In this document: positions 16,776 through 26,694 of the stretch, in pieces | How the letters are laid out: each line of letters opens with the position of its first letter | How positions within the stretch are numbered: the first letter of the stretch is position 1 | Origin: a virus | Taxonomy: Duplodnaviria > Caudoviricetes | Direction: 5' to 3' (one strand) | IMG/VR virus record: IMGVR_UViG_3300044991_001466 | DNA length: 64,000 nt | Made by a program: the position numbers and the translations under genes | Notes under the pieces: generated by a model | Databases searched by the model: none | Told to the model about the DNA's origin: nothing | The model's input: only the letters and a program-made list of their open reading frames with translations

Positions 16776-17828
16776 ATGGCAGAGATAAAACCCCTAGGCA
16801 GTGAAAAACTTAACACAGAAGACAAATTAAAAAGAATTCTTGAGTTAACGTATTTCAACGAAAATAAAAAATCAAATTCATCTACTAAACCTGAACTGGT
16901 TAAAGAATCAAAAACAGGTGGAATATTTGGTATTGTCAAAGAAAAAGACGGTTACTACGTAAAAAGAGGTTTGAACGAATCATCATTGGATTACATTGGT
17001 GGTATGTTTATGAAAAACAAAAATAGATTTAATTCGTATGCTGACGCATATAAAAGATTAAATCTTTTAAACGGACAGGAAAATATACAGGAAGCAACAA
17101 AGTATGTTTTAAAACAAAACAAACCACAAGAAGAAGCTCCAATGGCTGAACCAGCAATGAACGCAGCACCTGCTCCAAGTATGGAACCTGCTCCAAGTAT
17201 GGAACCTGCTCCAAGTATGGAACCTGCACCTGACGCATCGGCAGCACCATCTAGTGAATTTCCTCCAGCTGATGGTGTGGATATGACTGGATTAGAAGGT
17301 GGTGAATCTTCTAAACGTTCAGACTATATGGCTGAAGCTCAAAAATTTGCAGGAAAGTTAGGTCAAGAATTGAGAGATTTACATGATAGAATGGAAAGTG
17401 ATGATATAAAGTATATTTTAAATATGATTATATCTGCGGTTGATTTAGACAAATTAGACGATGATGATATTGAAGACATCGCAAAGAAATTTGAACGTGA
17501 GGAGGAAGAAGGTGGGGAAATGGGTTCAGAAGAACCAGCAATGGAACCATCACCTGAAGCTGCTGCAGAACCAACATCAGATGAAGATTTGGGAGAGAAC
17601 ACAATGTCAGCATTAGATGAGTTTATTAATAACCCAGCACCGGGAGAACAAATGGAAATATCTTTAGATGATTTTGTTGATGGTGGTGACGATTTATCAA
17701 AAAGTGCCGATTTAGAGATGGGAAATGATAAAAAACAAACTGATGTTGAAAAGGAGATAGATTTGGATGAAATTAAAAATGAAATTCATAGAAGTATCGG
17801 TGAAACTTTAAGTAAATATTTCAACTAA
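16776..17828 (+). CDS. Acidic hypothetical protein, probably head-associated
   Basis: TATTTATA upstream (16734); PAPSME repeats; LNE/FNE motifs. Confidence 0.6.
   Translation: MAEIKPLGSEKLNTEDKLKRILELTYFNENKKSNSSTKPELVKESKTGGIFGIVKEKDGYYVKRGLNESSLDYIGGMFMKNKNRFNSYADAYKRLNLLNGQENIQEATKYVLKQNKPQEEAPMAEPAMNAAPAPSMEPAPSMEPAPSMEPAPDASAAPSSEFPPADGVDMTGLEGGESSKRSDYMAEAQKFAGKLGQELRDLHDRMESDDIKYILNMIISAVDLDKLDDDDIEDIAKKFEREEEEGGEMGSEEPAMEPSPEAAAEPTSDEDLGENTMSALDEFINNPAPGEQMEISLDDFVDGGDDLSKSADLEMGNDKKQTDVEKEIDLDEIKNEIHRSIGETLSKYFN
17169..17227 (+). repeat. 18-bp tandem repeat (CCTGCTCCAAGTATGGAA) x3 plus partial
   Basis: Read directly; encodes (PAPSME)n. Confidence 0.9.
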
Positions 17829-17829
17829 A

Positions 17830-18231
17830 ATGCATCTAATATATGTCAATGAGATTGGTTCAGATTACAAAGGTCAAAAACAGTATGAATTTGTTTTTAG
17901 TGAAAGTACTGAGATTGATATGGGGGAGTGGTTTATCATTCCTGCTTCGGCTAACCAACAATCTAAATCTCCTGACATCGAATATGTTGATGTAGTTGGG
18001 TTATTAAAGAACACAGATTTACAATTAGAACTTATTCAAAACTCCGATTATTTCGGAGTTATTGATGCTGTAGATGGTGTTATATCGTTAGCTTGGGAAA
18101 AATTTGATTTTGATTCAGAAAATGAAAGATTATCATTTAAATTTGCGGAATCTTTAGAAAATGTTACAAAAAAATTAAAACAAAGAGGTTATATTCTATT
18201 AAACGAAAACATTAAAATAAATAATATATGA
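17830..18231 (+). CDS. Hypothetical protein
   Basis: Tightly packed ORF in the head-gene operon. Confidence 0.6.
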   Translation: MHLIYVNEIGSDYKGQKQYEFVFSESTEIDMGEWFIIPASANQQSKSPDIEYVDVVGLLKNTDLQLELIQNSDYFGVIDAVDGVISLAWEKFDFDSENERLSFKFAESLENVTKKLKQRGYILLNENIKINNI

Positions 18232-19181
18232 AAAGAGACGTAATTGTTGGACAACTAGTTAAAGAAGGGTTTTCTCAAAAAACATTGGTTAATTTCAATG
18301 ATAAACAACTTTCTGATTTACATGAAAGAATTGTCGTTGATGCCGATAAATTAAAAACAGACCCAAAATTACAGGCGTTAGCTAAAGACCCAAATACTGA
18401 GGTTGAGGTTAAAGAAGAATTGAAAGGTGGACAAAAGAAATTAGATAAGAACCACAACGGAAAAATTGATGGTCAAAAGAAAGACGTTAATGAAGTGGAT
18501 ATGGGATTAACTGTAAAAGGTTCAAAATCAAGTGGTTCAAATTTGTTTGGCAGTAAATCTACAACACCTAAAAAGAAAACTACACCTAAGAAAAAAGAAG
18601 AAGGTGAAACTGAAGAGGGAGAAGTGGACGAATCAATACATGGTATTGTGATAGGAGCAACAAAAGAAAAATTAAAAAAAGATTTAGGTAGAGATCCTGA
18701 AGACCATGAGGTTGAAAGTGAACTTACTAAATTTTATAATATTTGGAAAAAAGATAAAGAAGATAAAGAAGGTAATGAACCAAAAGAAAAAAAGAAAAAA
18801 GGATTCGTAGTAGGGAAACAACCTTCACCAAATTTTAACGGTCACAAAAAGAAAGAGGAAGATGTTAAAGAATGGGTTGAGGCGTTAGCTGAAAATAATT
18901 TTCATAGTTTTACATCAAAAAATGAAATTATGGAACTTATTAAAAGTAAACTTACCGAATCTGAGGTTATGGAACCACAACACGGTGCTAATGTAAAAAA
19001 AGGACACAATGGTATTCCTGAATTTATGACTTATGATGCTATTACATCTTCAGCACCAGCAGTTGCTCCGAGTAAACCAAAAGTTGTTCCCGGAACTAAA
19101 CCGGCTAGACCAAAAAGAGACCCATTTAATCCAGGTCCAAAACCAAGTCCAAGACCTAAGGCGTTACAGGAAAAAAAATAA
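18228..19181 (+). CDS. Hypothetical Lys/Glu/Pro-rich protein
   Basis: ATGA-type overlap; LKGGQKKLDKNHNGKID EF-hand-like module; Pro-rich tail. Confidence 0.6.
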   Translation: MKRDVIVGQLVKEGFSQKTLVNFNDKQLSDLHERIVVDADKLKTDPKLQALAKDPNTEVEVKEELKGGQKKLDKNHNGKIDGQKKDVNEVDMGLTVKGSKSSGSNLFGSKSTTPKKKTTPKKKEEGETEEGEVDESIHGIVIGATKEKLKKDLGRDPEDHEVESELTKFYNIWKKDKEDKEGNEPKEKKKKGFVVGKQPSPNFNGHKKKEEDVKEWVEALAENNFHSFTSKNEIMELIKSKLTESEVMEPQHGANVKKGHNGIPEFMTYDAITSSAPAVAPSKPKVVPGTKPARPKRDPFNPGPKPSPRPKALQEKK

Positions 19182-19192
19182 TTTATAAAATT

Positions 19193-20734
19193 ATGAAATT
19201 ATCTAAGAAAAAATTGTTATCTTTAATCAAAGAAAATTTGAACGAAATGGCAATGACATTTGATGGTGAAGATAGACCAGATCAATCTATACAACAAAAA
19301 TTAGCAACAGGTGATACCCCACTTAAAAAGGTACCTTTTCCAAAAACGGGAAATCCAAATCAAAATTTTCAAGAATTATTAGCGTCGGAGAGATATAGAG
19401 ATGTGGTTGCTAAAGTAAGAGAATTTTCAAATTTTAGTGGTAACATACAAGATGCATCTTTATCCGGTATTATGTTGGATGCATTGAGGAAGACGACAAC
19501 GATTGAATCTCAATATAAAAGAGAATTAGAACAACTTGCAATTCAAATTGTTTTGAAAGAGTATTCAGTACCTGAAGGTAAACTTAACATAACCGCCACC
19601 ATCACAGGGGGAATTAGTTCTACTGAAGGGATGCAACAACAAAGAGGTCCAGAAGTAAATGAACCTGAAGTTGATGTTGATTCAGATGACAATGAAGATG
19701 GTGATGAATCACAACCACAACAACCAGAAGATAATGACTTTATACATGATGAGACATTATTAGCTAAAGCATTACAAGATTTAAATTTAGAAAAAGCTAA
19801 AAGACGATTAACAAACGCGTTAATACAAGGTGCATCAAAAGAGGGTCATTGGTTACACACTGGATCAATAAAAACAGGTGAAGGTGAATTGGATTTTACT
19901 CGTGTTTCTACTTTAATTAAACAAATAGTGGGTAACGCTAATGGAGAAGAACTTATTAGATGTTACGGATTGATGATGTCAATAAATGATAGTTTTTATT
20001 GGCAAATGAGTAATGATGCAATTAAAAATCTTAGTAGTAGTGTTGCTGGTAGAGTTCAAGTTATATTTCAAAGTCCAGAATCGGAAGGTGGTGATGAAGA
20101 ACAACCTGGCATGGATGGTGAAGATGAGGGAGGTGAAGATGAGGGAGGTGAAGAAGATAATAAAGTAAAAATTATTGCTGAAGGTATAAATTTTGTAGTA
20201 TTAGTACATGAACTTACTAAAGGTATATTTGAAGTAATCGCAGGTGCTGGTATACCTGATGATCAAGAAACTTGGAATAAAATTGACGAAACTGAAGATA
20301 TTTTACAAAAAGAAGTTTGGGATTTAAGATTAGGTCCAGCAATTTGGAATAGATTGAGGTCTCAAATACCTGACAAATATAGTGAAGAGGATTCAAAAAG
20401 TATTAAGAATTTCTTATTAGAGGAAATATTTAAATTACCAGCTAAACAATTTTTAGTATTTTTAAGAGAGGTAATTTCAGGTTCACAAAGGGGAGCTCAA
20501 TTAATTCAAAAAGTAATTGATAGTATTGTAAAAGATTTAAATGACGAAGAATATGAAGATGCGATGAATCAATTTGACGTTGAATTAGAGAATTTATCTG
20601 ATGAAACTCCTGATAATAATTTGAAAGATTGGATAATGACTATTCCGGGTATTTCGTTATCCAATGACGACGACGACGATGAAGATGATGATGACATTTA
20701 TAAAGAATTAGGATTAGACAGACCTAAAAGATAA
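19193..20734 (+). CDS. Acidic hypothetical protein, probably head-associated
   Basis: N-terminus MKLSKKKLLSLIKENLNE; lies directly upstream of terminase. Confidence 0.6.
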   Translation: MKLSKKKLLSLIKENLNEMAMTFDGEDRPDQSIQQKLATGDTPLKKVPFPKTGNPNQNFQELLASERYRDVVAKVREFSNFSGNIQDASLSGIMLDALRKTTTIESQYKRELEQLAIQIVLKEYSVPEGKLNITATITGGISSTEGMQQQRGPEVNEPEVDVDSDDNEDGDESQPQQPEDNDFIHDETLLAKALQDLNLEKAKRRLTNALIQGASKEGHWLHTGSIKTGEGELDFTRVSTLIKQIVGNANGEELIRCYGLMMSINDSFYWQMSNDAIKNLSSSVAGRVQVIFQSPESEGGDEEQPGMDGEDEGGEDEGGEEDNKVKIIAEGINFVVLVHELTKGIFEVIAGAGIPDDQETWNKIDETEDILQKEVWDLRLGPAIWNRLRSQIPDKYSEEDSKSIKNFLLEEIFKLPAKQFLVFLREVISGSQRGAQLIQKVIDSIVKDLNDEEYEDAMNQFDVELENLSDETPDNNLKDWIMTIPGISLSNDDDDDEDDDDIYKELGLDRPKR

Positions 20735-20737
20735 TAC

Positions 20738-20762
20738 AAGGGAGGTTTAACCTCCCTTTTTT
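20738..20762 (+). terminator. Rho-independent terminator
   Basis: aagggagg-tttaa-cctccc followed by a T run. Confidence 0.8.
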
Positions 20763-20764
20763 TG

Positions 20765-20772
20765 TATTTATA
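20765..20772 (+). promoter_or_regulatory. TATTTATA late-type motif, 3 nt before terminase ATG
   Basis: gTATTTATAtatATG. Confidence 0.65.
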
Positions 20773-20775
20773 TAT

Positions 20776-22551
20776 ATGAATTCCAAATTAGAACAATTAA
20801 AAGAATATGCAAAGATTATTAAAGATGCCCCATATGCGTTAAAAACATATCTGCAGACTTATGATAATACTCAAAAAAAATATGTTCCATTAGAGTTATT
20901 TCCTGACCAAATTCAATTAATTCAGGATTATGAAAATTATAATGAAAACATCACTAGAAAATATAGACAGGCAGGTGTAACAACAGTAACCGCAGCTTGG
21001 ATTTCAAAAAAATTACAAACAGCAAAAGAAAGTGAACCTGAAAGAGTTCTTCTTATTGCAAACAAAAGAGACACCGCAGTGGAGATGGCTAATAAGGTTA
21101 GACACTTTATTGAACAATGGCCTGAATGGATTAATGTTGGGTTTTCACCCGATAAAAACTCAGAAAGTAGATTTAGATTAAACAATGGTTGTGAGGTTAA
21201 GGCGGTAGCAACATCTGCGGATGCGTTACGTGGTTATACACCAACGATACTTGTATTTGATGAGGCAGCATACATTGAAGCGGGTGATGATTTTTGGGCG
21301 GCATCTATGGCGTCCCTATCAACGGGTGGTAAGATTATTCTTATCTCCACACCAAATGGTTATGACCCCATCTATTACGGTGTTTACGACCAAGCGTTAC
21401 GTGGAATCAATGATTTCCATATAACCGATTTAAGGTGGTTTAAAGACCCACGTTACACTAAAGACTTATCTTGGGTAAAATGTTCTGACATATGTCATTA
21501 CATGTTAAATAGAGAACAATATGACGACAATGAAGTTGTTTTACATGACTTTGATATTGAAAAATACCAAGAACTGGTGGAACAAGGATATAAACCATTT
21601 TCATCTTGGTTTGAATCTATGTCTAAGAAATTTAAATATGATAGACGTAAGATTGCACAGGAATTGGAATGTGACTTCTTAGGTTCAGGAGATGGAGTTA
21701 TTCCTGGTGATATTCAAGAGAATATCGCTAAGAATATGATACGAGTTCCTAAAGAAAAGTATATGCAAGGAACGTTTTGGCAGTGGAAAGAGCCGGTTGA
21801 AGGTCATAGGTATATTATGGGTGTCGATGTTAGTAGAGGAGATAGTGAGGATTTTTCTTCAATTAATATTGTTGATTTTGACGATAGAGAACAAGTTGTT
21901 GAATACATAGGAAAAATACCACCAGATGATTTGGCTAATATTGCATACAAATGGGGTATATTATACGATTGTTTTATTGTGATTGATATTACTGGTGGTA
22001 TGGGTGTTGCAACATCAAGAAAGTTACAAGAAATGAATTACAAAAACCTTTTCATTGATGGGATTAACACTCAGAATATTTGGGAATATAATAGAAAGGC
22101 TTTAGATAAAATTCCTGGTATAAATTTTAACAATAAAAGAACTCAAATTGTTGCAGCATTTGAAGAACAACTTAGAAAAGGATTTTTAGTTAGGTCAAGT
22201 CGACTATTAAATGAATTAAACACTTTTGTTTATATGAATGGAAGACCTGACCACATGAAGGGGGCTCATGACGACTCAATTATGAGTATGTCGATGGCTC
22301 TTTATGCTGGTGATATGTGTTTCAATCAATTACAAAGGAACGATTCTAAAAATAAGGCGGTAATTGAATCATGGGCATTATCCGAAAGAACTTATGAACC
22401 CTCTAAAACACATTACTCATATGGTTCATCTTTTGACCAAATAGGTGCAATGGGTATGGATACTAACAATATTTACCATAAAGATAATCCAACAAACATA
22501 CCTAAAGACGTTTATAGAGAACATATGTGGTTATTTGGGAAATCTAAATAA
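20776..22551 (+). CDS. terL: Terminase large subunit (T4 gp17-like)
   Basis: KYRQAGVTT (Walker A variant), ILVFDEAAY (Walker B), STPNG, nuclease GVDVSRG and HDD. Confidence 0.92.
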   Translation: MNSKLEQLKEYAKIIKDAPYALKTYLQTYDNTQKKYVPLELFPDQIQLIQDYENYNENITRKYRQAGVTTVTAAWISKKLQTAKESEPERVLLIANKRDTAVEMANKVRHFIEQWPEWINVGFSPDKNSESRFRLNNGCEVKAVATSADALRGYTPTILVFDEAAYIEAGDDFWAASMASLSTGGKIILISTPNGYDPIYYGVYDQALRGINDFHITDLRWFKDPRYTKDLSWVKCSDICHYMLNREQYDDNEVVLHDFDIEKYQELVEQGYKPFSSWFESMSKKFKYDRRKIAQELECDFLGSGDGVIPGDIQENIAKNMIRVPKEKYMQGTFWQWKEPVEGHRYIMGVDVSRGDSEDFSSINIVDFDDREQVVEYIGKIPPDDLANIAYKWGILYDCFIVIDITGGMGVATSRKLQEMNYKNLFIDGINTQNIWEYNRKALDKIPGINFNNKRTQIVAAFEEQLRKGFLVRSSRLLNELNTFVYMNGRPDHMKGAHDDSIMSMSMALYAGDMCFNQLQRNDSKNKAVIESWALSERTYEPSKTHYSYGSSFDQIGAMGMDTNNIYHKDNPTNIPKDVYREHMWLFGKSK

Positions 22552-22605
22552 TCTTCCTATTATCAAAATTATAGTTTATATTATAAAGAAAAGTATTTAT
22601 ATAGA

Positions 22606-24423
22606 ATGGCAAATCAAAACTCCACCGTATTTCAGAAGTTAACTAGAATGTTTGGTTTCCCTGGTCAACAGGCTCAACAAACACCATCTTTTAATTTTAA
22701 CAAAGACGAATTATTAAAAACAGATAGTAGAGAAGACTACGAGAAAGCAATGTTACAGGCTCAACAGAGTCAATATATTGCAGACAAATGGTCAAAATTG
22801 GACCAATCATTATACAACCAATCGGTTTACTATGAACCAACAAGAATGGCTGCGTATTATGATTATGAATCAATGGAATTTACTCCTGAGGTATCCGCAG
22901 CATTAGACATATACGCTGAGGAATCTACCACTATGTCAGAAAAGGGTGAAATATTAACAATATACTCGGAATCAGATAGAATTAAAACAATACTTGAGGA
23001 TTTATTTCAAAACAAATTGGACATTAACACAAACCTACAAATGTGGGCTAGAGGTATGGCGAAATATGGTGATGATTTTGTTTATTTAAAAATTGATCCA
23101 GAAAAAGGTATTATTGGTGTACAACAATTACCAAATATTGAAATTGAAAGAATTGAAGGTGCGTCAACTAAGAAAGCAATTAATACAGATAGTAAAGTAC
23201 CATCAAGAGAATTAAGATTTCAATGGAAAAATAAAGATTTAGAATTTCAAGCTTGGGAAGTTGCACATTTTAGATTGTTAGGTGACGATAGAAAGTTACC
23301 ATATGGTACTTCAATGTTAGATAAGATTAGAAGAATTTGGAAACAACTTTTACTTGCTGAAGATGCAATGTTAATTTACAGAACATCTAGAGCACCTGAA
23401 AGACGTGTATTTAAAATATTTGTGGGTAACATGGACGATAAAGATATCGAACCATATGTACAAAAAGTTGCAAATAAATTTAAACGTCAACCAGTGTCTG
23501 ACCCTCGTAATGGTCAAGTTGATATGAGATATAATCAAATGGCTGTAGACCAAGATTATTTTGTACCTGTTCGTGATCCAGGTCAAACTATGCCGATTGA
23601 AACATTACCAGGGGCACAAAATTTAGGTGAAATTGCCGACATTGAATATATTCAAAAGAAAATGTTGGCAGCACTTCGTATTCCTAAAGCATTTTTAGGT
23701 TTTGAAGAAGTTGTTGGTGACGGAAAAAATCTTGCATTAATGGATATACGTTTTGCAAGAACAATTAATAAAATACAAAAATCATTAATACAAGAATTAA
23801 ATAAAGTTGCTTTAATCCATCTATATCTTTTAGGTATGGAGGATGAATTAAATAATTTTACACTTTCATTAACTAATCCATCATCTCAATCCGATTTATT
23901 AAAAATTGAAATGTGGAAAGAGAAGATAACACTTTATAAAGATGCAACATCAGACCAATCACAAATTGGTATATTACCTGTATCTCACACATGGGCTAAG
24001 AAAAATATTCTTGGATTTAGTGATAATGAAGTTGTTTTAGATTTACAACAACAACGTCTTGAAAGAGCAATGGGATTTGAATTAAACAATACACAGAATG
24101 TAATTAAACGTTCAGGTGTGTTTGATGATGTGGATGCAAAGTATGGTATTTCGGAAGAAGATAGAGAAAAGGCGATGGATGCTGCAGGTGGTGAAGCACC
24201 GGGTGGTGGTGATATGTTAGGTGGAGGAATGCCATCAACGCCAGAACCACCAGCGGCTGGAGGAGACGCACCACTAAGTGAATCTACTAAATCAAAGAAA
24301 TCAAAAATATTAGGTATGCTAGGTGAAGAAAAAGAAGATTTCAACTCTTTATTTGATATGAAAAGAGCACAACAGAATATTTATGAAATAGAAACTAAAT
24401 TGAACGATATTTTAAACGATTAA
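22606..24423 (+). CDS. Portal protein (T4 gp20-like)
   Basis: PEVSAALDIYAEE, PYGTSMLDK, EDAMLIYRTSRAPERRVFKI, DYFVPVR, IETLPG, ALRIPK. Confidence 0.93.
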   Translation: MANQNSTVFQKLTRMFGFPGQQAQQTPSFNFNKDELLKTDSREDYEKAMLQAQQSQYIADKWSKLDQSLYNQSVYYEPTRMAAYYDYESMEFTPEVSAALDIYAEESTTMSEKGEILTIYSESDRIKTILEDLFQNKLDINTNLQMWARGMAKYGDDFVYLKIDPEKGIIGVQQLPNIEIERIEGASTKKAINTDSKVPSRELRFQWKNKDLEFQAWEVAHFRLLGDDRKLPYGTSMLDKIRRIWKQLLLAEDAMLIYRTSRAPERRVFKIFVGNMDDKDIEPYVQKVANKFKRQPVSDPRNGQVDMRYNQMAVDQDYFVPVRDPGQTMPIETLPGAQNLGEIADIEYIQKKMLAALRIPKAFLGFEEVVGDGKNLALMDIRFARTINKIQKSLIQELNKVALIHLYLLGMEDELNNFTLSLTNPSSQSDLLKIEMWKEKITLYKDATSDQSQIGILPVSHTWAKKNILGFSDNEVVLDLQQQRLERAMGFELNNTQNVIKRSGVFDDVDAKYGISEEDREKAMDAAGGEAPGGGDMLGGGMPSTPEPPAAGGDAPLSESTKSKKSKILGMLGEEKEDFNSLFDMKRAQQNIYEIETKLNDILND

Positions 24424-24425
24424 AA

Positions 24426-25172
24426 ATGAACAAATTCGGAACGATAAAATCAAAAATGTTAACTAAAATAACTGAATCTTATTCTAAACAAAATAAGAAT
24501 GAAGTTAAAGATATGTTAAACACAATTAAAGAAAACAAAGCATTTAAAGAAATGTATTTGTTTTATGAAGAAATTGAGAATAAATATTTCGAGGATAAAG
24601 AGATTGCAAAATTATATGTTGAGGGATTAAATACATATTTTGGTCAACCAATGGGTAATTGGAATGATTTAAATGTATTTTGTGAATCTCTACATGATAA
24701 ATTGGGTAATATTGAAATTGAAACAAATGAATTATATGAGTCTTTAGATATATTATCCGAAAAAGATTCATTATCAAATATTGAAAAAAAGGTTATTGCA
24801 AAAAAGAAATTAGTAGAACATTTAACAACTAAAAAAGAAATTAACGAGTCTCAAGAGACTAAATTTGTCGCAAACGAAAATTTATTACACGCTGTTTTAG
24901 CAAACAATTTTAATGTACTTTATACTAACACACTTTCTGAAGAACAAAAAGTTGAATTAAAAACAATACTTGATTTATCAAGTGAAGATTTAGAAAACAA
25001 AACGTCTGAATTAAAAGAATCAATTTTAAATCAAATTGGTAATATTATAAATGAATCTAAAGATTCTGAAATGGTAACCAAATTATCTAAAGTAAAAGAT
25101 GAGGTACTAAAAAAGGAAACCTCCAAAATTAATTATTACAGATTAACTGAATTAAAAAATGGTCTTAACTAA
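24426..25172 (+). CDS. Hypothetical helical protein between portal and bS21
   Basis: Long ORF with repeated INES/ITES motifs. Confidence 0.6.
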   Translation: MNKFGTIKSKMLTKITESYSKQNKNEVKDMLNTIKENKAFKEMYLFYEEIENKYFEDKEIAKLYVEGLNTYFGQPMGNWNDLNVFCESLHDKLGNIEIETNELYESLDILSEKDSLSNIEKKVIAKKKLVEHLTTKKEINESQETKFVANENLLHAVLANNFNVLYTNTLSEEQKVELKTILDLSSEDLENKTSELKESILNQIGNIINESKDSEMVTKLSKVKDEVLKKETSKINYYRLTELKNGLN

Positions 25173-25356
25173 GACCATTTTTCTTTTGTTGGACATATAT
25201 CGCCTTCAAAACCTCTTTTCTTTTATTCACTGAAGGTTTAACAAACTCCTGTCTTGCTCTTAATTTTTGAACTTGTTTAATTTTTTGAACTTTTTGTTTG
25301 TAAGTTCTTAAAGCACTTTCGAGGCTTTTTTCTTTTGTTACGTCAATTATTATCAT
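25165..25356 (-). CDS. rpsU: Ribosomal protein bS21 (phage-encoded)
   Basis: SLESALRTYKQKV...LRARQEFVKPSVNKR..VLKAIYVQ matches Bacteroidota bS21 (F.KPS..R...KA.Y.Q), with Tyr at position 54. Confidence 0.9.
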   Translation of the reverse strand: MIIIDVTKEKSLESALRTYKQKVQKIKQVQKLRARQEFVKPSVNKRKEVLKAIYVQQKKNGLS

Positions 25357-25363
25357 ATTAATA

Positions 25364-25371
25364 TAAGTATA
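25364..25371 (-). promoter_or_regulatory. TATACTTA motif upstream of bS21 (non-late class)
   Basis: Identical octamer upstream of DNA polymerase (50566-50573); resembles the Bacteroidota -7 element TAnnTTTG. Confidence 0.4.
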
Positions 25372-25460
25372 TCACAAATATATGAAAATATTTTTGGAAT
25401 TGTAAGATATTTTCTTTATAATTTATTAACACCATAAATAATATATAATGAAAAACCTTA

Positions 25461-25886
25461 ATGAAAATTGGAAAATACATCCCACTAGGGGCGTACAACG
25501 ACGTGAAAATCGGTTATGGTACCGTAGATTTTAAAAATCTTAAAACCATTTATTTAAAATTAAATTCGTGGACACAACCAGAAAATGAAACTGACGACTT
25601 TAATAATACAATTAATAAAACAAGAAGAAAAATAAAAGAAATAGTATACAATCTCAAGTGTCCAAATTTTAAACAACAATCAATAGTTGATTTAGACATT
25701 AGAACTAAAGGTATAAAACTTGAAAAGAGGTCTTTTATGAATTTAGAAATCACATTATACGTTGACACTCAATTCGATGTTAAATCTAAAGAGATTAAAA
25801 AGACCATTAAAGAATTGTTAGAAAATATCATAGATAATGGTTTATCTGATAAAAAATTATTCAATTTCAACGTAAATAAGAAATAA
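25461..25886 (+). CDS. Hypothetical protein
   Basis: Clean ORF between bS21 and the protease. Confidence 0.6.
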   Translation: MKIGKYIPLGAYNDVKIGYGTVDFKNLKTIYLKLNSWTQPENETDDFNNTINKTRRKIKEIVYNLKCPNFKQQSIVDLDIRTKGIKLEKRSFMNLEITLYVDTQFDVKSKEIKKTIKELLENIIDNGLSDKKLFNFNVNKK

Positions 25887-25924
25887 GTAAGATATTGATG
25901 TATTTATAGTTATAAAAACTATAA

Positions 25925-26608
25925 ATGAAGGTATTAGGACCAAAAGAAACCGGTAGAGGAATTTTAATTGAGTATGACGCCGGTCACGTATCTCCTGAAG
26001 ATAATAAAAAAATAATTTCAGAAATGAAGAACATGGACTTTTCACAAGACCTTGTTCTTTATGCTGTTTTGCAAAAATACGATACCCCAAACAAAAACGG
26101 GAGAATCTATCCCGAAGCAATTCTCAAAAGAGAAAACGAAAAATATCAAACTCTTATTAAAAAAGGTGGAGCTCTAAATGAGTTAAATCACCCTTCATCC
26201 TCACTTATCGATTTAGATAGAGTATCACACTCTATTGTTGAAACTTGGTGGGATGGTAGAATGTTAATGGGAAAAATTAAATTATTCACATCACCAGGAT
26301 GGAAGAAAATGGGTATTGTCTCCACTAAAGGAGACCAAGCGGCCATGTTAATAATGAATGGTGCAGTTTTAGGTATTTCATCTAGAGGGGTGGGGTCACT
26401 TAAAAATGTTAAAGGGGATAATATAGTCCAAGAAGATTTTGAATTGGTGTGTTTTGATTTGGTGTCATCACCGTCAACACCTGGAGCTTACATATTTTCA
26501 GATCCATCTGAAAGAGATCAATATCAAGAATCAATAGAAGAAAAACCAATAGTTGACGATAAAATGAAAAGATTGATGGGTAAATTAGATACTTTTTTAT
26601 CTAAATAA
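25925..26608 (+). CDS. Prohead core protease (T4 gp21-like)
   Basis: NKNGRIYP, ELNHP, VSH, LGISSRGVGS, FDLVSSPSTPGA. Confidence 0.93.
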   Translation: MKVLGPKETGRGILIEYDAGHVSPEDNKKIISEMKNMDFSQDLVLYAVLQKYDTPNKNGRIYPEAILKRENEKYQTLIKKGGALNELNHPSSSLIDLDRVSHSIVETWWDGRMLMGKIKLFTSPGWKKMGIVSTKGDQAAMLIMNGAVLGISSRGVGSLKNVKGDNIVQEDFELVCFDLVSSPSTPGAYIFSDPSERDQYQESIEEKPIVDDKMKRLMGKLDTFLSK

Positions 26609-26694
26609 TCAATTTTATAGGTGCAGTTATATTAAAAAATAGAATTTTTCATAAAACTACACTATTTATAAGATAATAAAAACAAAATTTCAAA

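Noticed and set aside
20830-21000. Terminase Walker A lacking Lys (RQAGVTT) as a sign of a pseudogene
   Set aside because: All other ATPase and nuclease motifs are intact and the ORF is uninterrupted; such variants occur in T4-like terminases.
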